Shown: positions 38,001-46,251 of the stretch, in pieces
How positions within the stretch are numbered: the stretch's first letter is position 1
How the letters are laid out: every line of letters begins with the position of its first letter
From: an uncultured delta proteobacterium
GTDB taxonomy: Bacteria > Myxococcota_A > Polyangia > Fen-1088
Direction: 5' to 3'
Assembly (NCBI GenBank): GCA_963767925.1
Contig: CAVYGB010000008.1
Coordinates: 3,136,001-3,200,000, forward strand
Length of the DNA stretch: 64,000 nucleotides
Translations under genes and position numbers: made by a program
Notes under the pieces: model-generated
Database searches by the model: none
Told to the model about the DNA's origin: nothing
The model's input: only the letters and a program-made list of their open reading frames with translations

Positions 38001-39724
38001 CGCGGCCCCTCGTGCTCGATCGCAGGTCCAACAAGCTCGTCGTCAGCCTGCGGGGCGGGGCCGGCCCGGACACCTCCCTGCGGCTCTCCTGGGCCCGGCT
38101 CGCCGAGGGCGGCGAGGCCGCCCCGCTCGACCCCACCCGCTTCGAGCCCATCCCGGCCGCCGCCTTCCGCCACGAGCGCACCGCCGCCCTGGCCGCCTCG
38201 ACCGCGCTGAGCGCCGGCCGGGAGCTGTTCCTGGCCCACCGCTGCGCCGGGTGCCACCTGCCCGCGGCCGAGCGCAAGGCCAGCCCCGAGCTGAGCGCCA
38301 GCGGGCCCGACTTCCGGGGGATCGGATCGCGCCTCGACTGGCGCTGGATGCGCGACTGGGTCCTCGATCCGCAGGCCCTGCGCCCGACCGCCCACATGCC
38401 GGCGCTGCTGGCCGGGCCCCAGGCAAAGTCGGACGCCGAGGCCATCGCCGCCTACCTCGCGACCCTGCGCGATCCCGCGCTGGTGAGCGCCCGCGACGAG
38501 AACGCCCGCGCGCTCGCGAGCCTCGAGGACCGGGCCAGCGCGGGACCGGCCGAGGTGGCCCCGACCGATCCGATGGCCCGGCTGCGCTGCGGGGGCTGTC
38601 ACATCGATCAGCCGAACGCGGCCGACGACGGCCGGCTCTCGCTGCAGTCGGCGGCCCGCAAGTTCCTGCCTGGCAGCATGACCAGCTACCTGCGCGACCC
38701 GCTGGCCCACTTCCCCTGGAACCCGATGCCCCACTTCCGGCTCGACCCCGCCGAAGCGCTGCAGCTCGAGGTCACCTTGCGGCAGTGGGGGGGCGGACGG
38801 CCCGCGCCCCCGCCCCCCTCGGCGGCCCCGGTCATCGCCCGCGGCCGCGGCCTGGTGGAGAGCAGCGGCTGCCTGCACTGCCACGAGGCCCCCGGGGCGA
38901 ACCTCCAGAACCGGGCCCCGATCGCGGCGCTCGATGGTCGCGCTCCGGGCAAGGCGAGCTGCGTGCTCGGCACCGGCCCCGCCCGCCACGCCTTCGACCG
39001 GACCGAGATCGCCCAGCTCGGCAGCTTCCTCGCCCGCGGTTTGCAGCCGGCCCAGCGCCATGTCCCGGCCGAGTTCGCCGCCCGCCAGGTGCAGCAGCTC
39101 CGCTGCAACGGCTGCCACGGCAACTACGAGGGGATCCCGGAGCTCGATCTGATCGGAGAGAAGCTCCGCCCCGAGTGGGTGGCGGCGTTCCTCGCGGGCA
39201 AGGTGCCGTACAAGCCGCGCGGCGAGACCCACCCCGACGGACAGCCCTGGCTGCCGGCCCGCATGCCCGCCTTCGCCGGGCCCGCCTCCCACCTGGCCGC
39301 CGGTCTGGCGGCGCTGGCCGGGCATCCCCCGCGCACGCCCGAGGAGGGCCGGGTCGACCCGGCTCTGGCCGGCGCGGGCGCCACCCTCGTCTCGGCCGCC
39401 GGCGGGTTCTCCTGCGTGGCCTGTCACGGCGTCGCCGGCAAGCCCCCCACCCAGGTGTTCGAGGCCGAGGGGATCAACCTGCTCTATTCGGCCGACCGGC
39501 TGCGCCCCGACTTCTTCCGCCGCTGGCTGCGCGAGCCGATGCGGGTCGACCCCAGCACCCGCATGCCCAATTACTTCGACGAGACCGGCAAGAGCCCCCT
39601 CGCCGGGATCCTCGACGGCCAGGCCAGCGCCCAGATCGAGGCCATCTGGCACTACCTGCGCAAGCTGGCCCAGGAGCACGACGCCGGCGCCAGCCCCGTT
39701 ACCCTCCGCTCCCCCACCCCCTGA
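35087..39724 (+). CDS. Large lipoprotein: DUF6797-like domain, beta-propeller dehydrogenase-like domain, PA14-like domain and five c-type haem motifs
   Basis: Lipobox-like AATC; FASGLFEPLG, ATGLRAPNG, DNEGTW; CAGCH, CGGCH, CLHCH, CNGCH, CVACH. Confidence 0.8.
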   Translation: MTMDLPPMRAKWIPASRSFRAGALLLLLVAATCGRKQWPDTPPPAASPPAPAPARAALPPAERDVEEHTARPIQTDFPFLSSALTTRSAVGQTVNKSIAIRLGADIAVSFDTDLLRMGAGWSGGFIEATGVTFDTTHGTNPSAGGDPHFVTAPVPGWADARGRFADPRKVPFGPLPERWGRWDGLYVAGDDVVLAYTVQGSKIHEQPSAAQNEDRIGFVRTFRVEQRERPLTLLVADVPGAPERGPEPARATAGDPTLLTLAVTGARTVEPRRKGEAGAAAAPEKPKTPPAPAEPIREVTEVAVAGAPPGTRLTHAGRGRVLLQLPRGKETALFKVIVTRAPAGRASALDALVRASGPPALIDYRAGGPRHWPASIVTRGKRGEGPGPYVVDRLTTPYPGVYEGSPRGGDWKDNVFRRRIMIAGFDFFPGGTRAALSTWEGDVWIVDGIDGDLDKLTWHRFASGLFEPLGLAIVGGVVHASGRDQITRLHDLNGDGEADYYENFNNQATNSQGFHEFQFDLQTDAKGNFYTAKAAPVRAGGRGFGGGGGNGTVTPFAGTVHRISPDGKKREVYATGLRAPNGIGVSPGGQVTTGDNEGTWMPACPLNWVKPGSYHGVADSAHRSPLPRPEPPLCWISKTYDNSGGSQVWVTSDRWGPFQGELLHLSYGRAAIYLVVKQAVDSFMQGGIVPLLGGPDAGQITGGPVELTSSAMRARFNLGDGQLYVAGLSGWQSDAVSLTGFDRIRYTGKEVHTLRGLAATTAGVELTFSHPLDPTTVDPGSFSVQRWNYRRSSEYGSPELSVENPGQRGHDQMEVLEARLSADGKSVLLDLADLRPAHQMLIHMQLKARDGVPIRQSVMHTIHELPRDPRASGRSRVASARPGGQPGLLLELAAEGAPTHAAVAPGVKLHVPSGTAASPFLPPGRFTATWQGTLWPAMRGTHVLAADVSGELRVSLDDKVVLSSSGGRQVQSRPLVLDRRSNKLVVSLRGGAGPDTSLRLSWARLAEGGEAAPLDPTRFEPIPAAAFRHERTAALAASTALSAGRELFLAHRCAGCHLPAAERKASPELSASGPDFRGIGSRLDWRWMRDWVLDPQALRPTAHMPALLAGPQAKSDAEAIAAYLATLRDPALVSARDENARALASLEDRASAGPAEVAPTDPMARLRCGGCHIDQPNAADDGRLSLQSAARKFLPGSMTSYLRDPLAHFPWNPMPHFRLDPAEALQLEVTLRQWGGGRPAPPPPSAAPVIARGRGLVESSGCLHCHEAPGANLQNRAPIAALDGRAPGKASCVLGTGPARHAFDRTEIAQLGSFLARGLQPAQRHVPAEFAARQVQQLRCNGCHGNYEGIPELDLIGEKLRPEWVAAFLAGKVPYKPRGETHPDGQPWLPARMPAFAGPASHLAAGLAALAGHPPRTPEEGRVDPALAGAGATLVSAAGGFSCVACHGVAGKPPTQVFEAEGINLLYSADRLRPDFFRRWLREPMRVDPSTRMPNYFDETGKSPLAGILDGQASAQIEAIWHYLRKLAQEHDAGASPVTLRSPTP

Positions 39725-39736
39725 CCGCCGAACCGG

Positions 39737-41590
39737 TCAGCGGGGAGGGCGGCGGGCGTCGCGGAACCAGCTCCGGTATTGCTCCATGCGGGCGCGCTGG
39801 TCGGCGGGCGCCCGGCGCTGGCAGGTGGTCAGGTCGGAGCTGCCCTCGCCCGCGCCCCAGCGGAGCTCCACGCAGTCGTTGGGGTTGTAGGCCATCTCGA
39901 ACCCGGCCTTGCGGGCCATCAGATCGGCCACCGTCAGCTTCCGGGGCGTCCCGTCGGTGCGCTTGTATTCGATGCTGCGCTCGCCCACCCGCCGGGCGGC
40001 GAGGGCCTCGATCTCCTGGCGGGCGGCGGCCGGCTTGCGCCCCTCCAGCAGGAACAGCTCGGGCCGGCGCACGATCCGCTCGGGCAGGCCCTGCAGCACG
40101 TTCATGGCGATGATGAGCCGCATGTCGCGCGAGGGGGTGGCGAAATCCTCCCAGGGGCCCACCGTCTCGAAGATCTTGGGACCCTCGGGCATCGGCACCA
40201 CCGCGTCGCGGGTCTGCTTCATGTAGACCTCGCCGTTGTCCACCGAGCCGACCCGGGTCTCGAGCTGCTCGACCAGGGCGGCCAGCATCTCCTCGTAGGC
40301 CACCGCCGGCTCGAGCCCTCGCGGGTTGATGAGCCGGCTCATGCGCGCGTAGAACTCGTCGGGCGCCAGGTTGTGCTGCTCGAGGGAGAAGCGGGCGAAC
40401 CCCGCCGCGCCCACGTCGGGCTGCCCGAGGGTCGCGTTGGAGGCGGGCGCCGGCGCCGCCTCGCCGCGCTTGATCAGCGGCCGGAACACCTTCCAGCCGG
40501 GACCGGCGCTCTTCTCGCTGGCGAACAGGAACGTCCCCTCCCAGAAGCGCTTGCGCCCCACGCTGTTGTCGGGCTGACCGTCGACCGCCAGCAGCAGCCC
40601 TCCCTTGCCCGGACCCTGGGGCACCCACTTGACCAGCACCAGCACGTGCCCGTACGGATCGGCGTAGACCGCGCCGGGCCGCAGGGCCGCCCGGGTCAGC
40701 TCGACCGGATAGAAGTCGCTGGTCTCGTCGGCCAGGGCGGTGCGCGCGCTGCCCGAGTGGGCGGTGTTGACGAGCTTGCGGAAGAACTGCCGCACCCGGC
40801 GCAGCCCGCTGGGTGGGCGCTTGCTGGCCGTGCCGCCGGCCTTCCCCTCGACCGGGCTCTCGTTGGTGAACAGCTCCCCGCAGTGGGGCGGCGCCTGCGA
40901 GGTCCCCCGGCTGCAGTCGCGCAGCCCCATCGGCAGGCCGAGCTTCCAGGCGAAGTAGGCCCGCAGGAAATACGGCAGGTCGGCGCAGTCCGGCTCGGCG
41001 GGGAGCGCGTCCCGGTTGGCCGGATCGTCCTCGCGCAGGCCGAGGTGGTCGTACAGGAAGTTGCGGCGGGCGTCGCGCAGGGCCGGCGTCAGGGGCCGGA
41101 AGCTGACCGACTCGGCCGGGGGAGCGTCGAACAGCCCCTCCACCCAGGCGGAGAAGAAGTTCTCGGTTGTCGCGTCCCAGGCGCGCCGGCTCTTCCAGTA
41201 GCCGGCCTCCGGCCCTGGCTCCTTCGGGCGGGGCGCCGGCGGCTGGATGTCGAGGCTGCGGCAAGCCAGCACGCGCTCGCCCTGGCGCAGCTCGATCCGC
41301 ATCGGCCCGGCCACCGCGCTCGTGATCTCGGCGGCGTGGCTCCAGGGCGGCCCGCCCCGGTGGGTGGTGGCCAGCGGGGCGGGCTCCACCTTGTCCCGCA
41401 CGACGACAAGCCGGGCACCTTCGCTGGCCTCCTCGCTCACCGCCAGCAGGCGCAGGTTGTGCCCGGGCGCCGGCGCCTCGGGGGACCACCAGATGCGGAT
41501 CTTCGCCGGCTCCTCGCAGGGTGCCGCCTGCAGCGACGGGGCCCAGCAGAAAGCGGTCGCCAGCAGCCAGGACGCGAGAACGAATCGCAT
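39737..41590 (-). CDS. Secreted hypothetical protein with possible NlpC/P60-like catalytic core
   Basis: Signal peptide; DCAD and PG.VY..PYGHV motifs. Confidence 0.7.
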   Translation of the reverse strand: MRFVLASWLLATAFCWAPSLQAAPCEEPAKIRIWWSPEAPAPGHNLRLLAVSEEASEGARLVVVRDKVEPAPLATTHRGGPPWSHAAEITSAVAGPMRIELRQGERVLACRSLDIQPPAPRPKEPGPEAGYWKSRRAWDATTENFFSAWVEGLFDAPPAESVSFRPLTPALRDARRNFLYDHLGLREDDPANRDALPAEPDCADLPYFLRAYFAWKLGLPMGLRDCSRGTSQAPPHCGELFTNESPVEGKAGGTASKRPPSGLRRVRQFFRKLVNTAHSGSARTALADETSDFYPVELTRAALRPGAVYADPYGHVLVLVKWVPQGPGKGGLLLAVDGQPDNSVGRKRFWEGTFLFASEKSAGPGWKVFRPLIKRGEAAPAPASNATLGQPDVGAAGFARFSLEQHNLAPDEFYARMSRLINPRGLEPAVAYEEMLAALVEQLETRVGSVDNGEVYMKQTRDAVVPMPEGPKIFETVGPWEDFATPSRDMRLIIAMNVLQGLPERIVRRPELFLLEGRKPAAARQEIEALAARRVGERSIEYKRTDGTPRKLTVADLMARKAGFEMAYNPNDCVELRWGAGEGSSDLTTCQRRAPADQRARMEQYRSWFRDARRPPR

Positions 41591-41817
41591 GCGGCGCGCG
41601 AGCATATCAGAGGCGTTTGCCGGCGCAGAATCAGGGTCGCTGCCGCTGGAATCAGGGGACCCCGGCCGCGACCGACCCTACCTGTGCGCTCAGGTACGCT
41701 CGGGGTGCGCCCGAGAGAGCCGCCTCGGGAAGTCGCCGCCGGTCGGAGCCCCCCGCGCCAAGGTTCCCGGTCCCGCGATCTTTCGCTCGACGGTCCAGTC
41801 TGGCAACATAGAGCGCG

Positions 41818-43056
41818 GTGGAAGAGTTGCCGGCGCCGTCATGGGCTCAGCAGCTGGAGGCGTTCGGGGTAGCGCTGGCGGCCTCTCGTCGAATCCTGGT
41901 CGTCGACGACGAGAGAGACAACCTCGAGGTGCTCGCCGCCCTGCTCGAGGACGAATACCAGGTGACGAAGGCCGAGAGCGGCCCCGCCGCCCTCGAGCTG
42001 GTCGAGAAGGGTCCCCCCTTCGCCGTCGTGATCAGCGACCAGCGCATGCCGGGCATGACCGGCATCGAGCTGCTCGCCGAGCTGGAAAAGCGCACGCCCC
42101 AGACGGTGCGCATGATGCTCACCGCCTATTCGGACCTCGGACCGCTCATCGCCGCGGTCAACGACGGCTGCGTGTACCGCTTCTTTCTCAAGCCCTGGAA
42201 CCCGGACGAGATGCGCTCGGCCATCTCGGACGCCATGTGGTTACACTCGGCTCAGGCCGCCCTCAGCCAGCTCGTCGACCTGCTGGGTCAGCGCAAGCGC
42301 GACCTCGAGGCCACCCTGGAGAACCTGCAGCGCGTGCAGGGCGAGCTGCTCGCCGCCGAGCGGATGACGACGGTGGGCCGCTTCTCGGCCGGCATCGCCC
42401 ACAACGTCCGCAACAGCCTGACCGTGATGATGAACCTGCTCGAGCTCGTGCAGCAGAACCCGGTCGGGTCGCGCGTGCTCGCCTCCGCCCAGCGCGCCTT
42501 CCAGACGCTCGACGCCCTCTTGCGCCTGGTCAACGACGTCAACAACCTGGCCCGCGGCCGGCTGCACGCCATCGCCCGCGTGCCGGTGGAGATGGAGCCC
42601 TACCTCGACCAGCTCCTCACCGCCTTCCACGGCGACCCCATGGGCAAAGACCGCTCGGTGGTTGTCACGCGCGACCCCTCCACCCGGGTGTTGCTCATCG
42701 ACCCCGCCCGCATCCGCCAGGCCTTGCTGGCCCTGCTGCGCAGCATCGCCCACACCACCGCCGCCGACGCGCCCATGGAGCTGCTCGTGCACCCGCTCAA
42801 AGATCGCAGCACCTGCTTCGAGGTGATGAGCCCGCCGCGCGGACTGGCCTCCCCGGCCTGGGGCGAGATCGCCACCCGCCGCCTGGCCGCCGCGGCCGCC
42901 CCCACCTTCGCCCAGATCGAGCTCGGCCTCGAGATCAGCCGGGTGGTGGCGGACGCCCACGGGGGCCGGGTGGTGGTGCGGCCTCGCCCCGACAAGCGCG
43001 AGAGCGCGGTCCAGCTCTGGATCACCCAGGCCGATCCAGAGGTCGAGACCCCATGA
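41818..43056 (+). CDS. Receiver + HisKA hybrid protein with degenerate ATPase domain
   Basis: ILVVDDE, ISDQRMP, KPW; H-box IAHNVRNSL; N, G1 and F boxes not recognisable. Confidence 0.85.
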   Translation: MEELPAPSWAQQLEAFGVALAASRRILVVDDERDNLEVLAALLEDEYQVTKAESGPAALELVEKGPPFAVVISDQRMPGMTGIELLAELEKRTPQTVRMMLTAYSDLGPLIAAVNDGCVYRFFLKPWNPDEMRSAISDAMWLHSAQAALSQLVDLLGQRKRDLEATLENLQRVQGELLAAERMTTVGRFSAGIAHNVRNSLTVMMNLLELVQQNPVGSRVLASAQRAFQTLDALLRLVNDVNNLARGRLHAIARVPVEMEPYLDQLLTAFHGDPMGKDRSVVVTRDPSTRVLLIDPARIRQALLALLRSIAHTTAADAPMELLVHPLKDRSTCFEVMSPPRGLASPAWGEIATRRLAAAAAPTFAQIELGLEISRVVADAHGGRVVVRPRPDKRESAVQLWITQADPEVETP

Positions 43057-44243
43057 GCCTGCCGCCCCTGCTCCCCCGCGGCGCCTCCACCGCGCCCTAT
43101 CCCCAGCCGCTGCAGATCTGCGTCGGCCCCTCGGCCGAGGGGGTGATGCGGCAGCTCCTCGCCGAAGGCGCCCTGCCCGGCGCGCGCCTCTTCACCTTCG
43201 AGAACGGGAAGGCCCCCAACCCCGGCGGCCCCGCCATCCTGGTGGTCCGACCGGCCGACCTGCGGGGGCCGGAGCGGGACAAGCTGTTCGACCTGGCCCA
43301 CGCCATCAAGCCGGGCCGCCCGATCCTCTACGGCGGCACGGGCAACCGCGACCTGCTGATGGACGCCATCAACACCTGGCGCATCTTCCGGGTGGTCCCC
43401 GAGGGTCCCCGGGCGGTGCTGCTGTCCGACGCCATCCGCAAGGCGCACGAGGCGCTCGAGCTGGCCTGCAGTCTGGAGCTGGGCGCCGCCGATCTGCGCC
43501 GCGACACCGACCGGCTCGAGCAGGCGCTCGGCGATCTGCGGGCCTCCCAGGAGAAGACCCGCCACGCCGAGCGGCTGGCCACCCTGGGCCGCATCACCAA
43601 GAGCCTCATCCCGGTCATCGCCGCCCACCTCGACGCGCTCCAGGACTTCAACGCCCTGGTGGCCGGCGACTCGGCCCGCCGCGACGCCCGCCTCGAGGAG
43701 CTGCTGGGCTACGCCTTCACCGGGATCCGCTCGCTGCACGCCATGCTCGACGAGATCCGCAGCTATGCCGAGAGCCGCCCCGAGGCCTACCAGCTCGTGA
43801 CCGCCGAGCTCGACGATCTCGTCCGCCACGCGGTCGCCTTCAGCCGCTACGATCCCCAGGCGGGTCACTGCCGCATCGTGACCCAGTTCAAGGCGCGGGC
43901 CCGGGTCGAGGTGGACGCCTTCCGCATGCACCAGGTGATCATCAACCTGGTCCGCAACGCGGTCCAGGCCACGCCCGAGGGGGGCGAAATCACGGTGCGC
44001 ACCGGCGCCGACGCCGAGAACCTCATGATCCAGGTTGAGAATAGCGGCGACCCCATCCCTCCCGAGATCCAGAGCCACCTGTTCGAGCCCTTCTTCACCA
44101 CCAGGGGCGACGCCGGGATGGGCCTGGGGCTGTCGATGTGCAAGGCGGCGGTCGAGCGCCACGGCGGCAAGATCAGCTGCGCCAGCGGCCCCGGTCAGCC
44201 CACCTGCTTCACCATCCGCCTGCCCCGGCCCTCGGTCACCTGA
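43053..44243 (+). CDS. Pseudo-receiver + histidine kinase-like protein lacking the canonical H-box His, intact HATPase
   Basis: ATG overlaps upstream TGA; NLVRNA, ENSG, FEPFFTT, GMGLGL boxes; H-box region reads SLIPVIAAHL. Confidence 0.85.
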   Translation: MSLPPLLPRGASTAPYPQPLQICVGPSAEGVMRQLLAEGALPGARLFTFENGKAPNPGGPAILVVRPADLRGPERDKLFDLAHAIKPGRPILYGGTGNRDLLMDAINTWRIFRVVPEGPRAVLLSDAIRKAHEALELACSLELGAADLRRDTDRLEQALGDLRASQEKTRHAERLATLGRITKSLIPVIAAHLDALQDFNALVAGDSARRDARLEELLGYAFTGIRSLHAMLDEIRSYAESRPEAYQLVTAELDDLVRHAVAFSRYDPQAGHCRIVTQFKARARVEVDAFRMHQVIINLVRNAVQATPEGGEITVRTGADAENLMIQVENSGDPIPPEIQSHLFEPFFTTRGDAGMGLGLSMCKAAVERHGGKISCASGPGQPTCFTIRLPRPSVT

Positions 44244-44259
44244 GGCCACGCGGGCCGGG

Positions 44260-45639
<1,380 letters not shown>

Positions 45640-46052
45640 AGACGTAGGTCCTCCGTCTAGGTGGGACTCTGTAGTACAGCGGCGGCCGCGGTTAGGGGAA
45701 GCGAAACTCGCCCCATCCGCAGTACTGCTGTAAGGGTTATGGAACCAGGTCACCAACCCCCGTTTCACGCGGTGACCACCTGCTCCGGCCCGCCCCGTCA
45801 GATGACTTGGACCGGTGCAACCCGGAGAATAGCTCCACCCCGTCCGCCCGCCAAGACCGTAGGAACCCTCACCTAGCCGACATCGCCCTCCTACCTGGCT
45901 TCGCCTCTCTTATCCGACTCACGGATCGCGGGACCTACATCGGGCCCCCCTGAGCGAAACCCGTACGGCAACCGGCCTCCCGCCGGTCCCCGCCCGACCG
46001 GCGGCCCCAGTAATTCCGGTGATTTGCCCCTCACGGCGGCCGTCCCGAGACC

Positions 46053-46067
46053 TGGAACAGCTGTTGC
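46053..46067 (+). promoter_or_regulatory. sigma54 -24/-12 promoter of the small peptide gene
   Basis: TGGAAC-AGCTG-TTGC, GG-N10-GC spacing, 39 nt before ATG 46107. Confidence 0.8.
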
Positions 46068-46106
46068 CAACGAAAGCACGCGACCCGCTTCAACAAGGAG
46101 GGACGC

Positions 46107-46229
46107 ATGCTCAAGAAGATTCTGTTCGTCGCGACTCTGGTTCTTTCGTTTGGCTCTTTCGTGCCCGCCGCCGACGCGGGTCCGTATCCGGATTGCGAGC
46201 TGGAGCCCCACGCGCCCCAATGCTGGTAG
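46107..46229 (+). CDS. 40-aa secreted peptide precursor (putative signalling peptide)
   Basis: AAGGAGG RBS; MLKKILFVATLVLSFGSFVPAADA|GPYPDCELEPHAPQCW*; Sec signal with A-x-A site; not in the ORF track. Confidence 0.85.
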   Translation: MLKKILFVATLVLSFGSFVPAADAGPYPDCELEPHAPQCW

Positions 46230-46251
46230 CCACTCGGCGCTGCGGTCGCGC

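Noticed and set aside
34889..39679. 1596-aa minus-strand ORF, and similar long antisense ORFs (8380..11109, 13066..15630, 23932..26325, 51454..53415, 53841..56189)
   Set aside because: Shadow frames of real genes in high-GC DNA; no motifs, and the opposite strand has recognisable domains.
41247..43052. N-terminal extension of ORF 41247..44243
   Set aside because: Out-of-frame overlap with the receiver/HisKA gene; real start is the coupled ATG at 43053.
46107..46229. Peptide as a RiPP precursor
   Set aside because: No modifying enzyme or dedicated transporter nearby, and the leader is a normal Sec signal.
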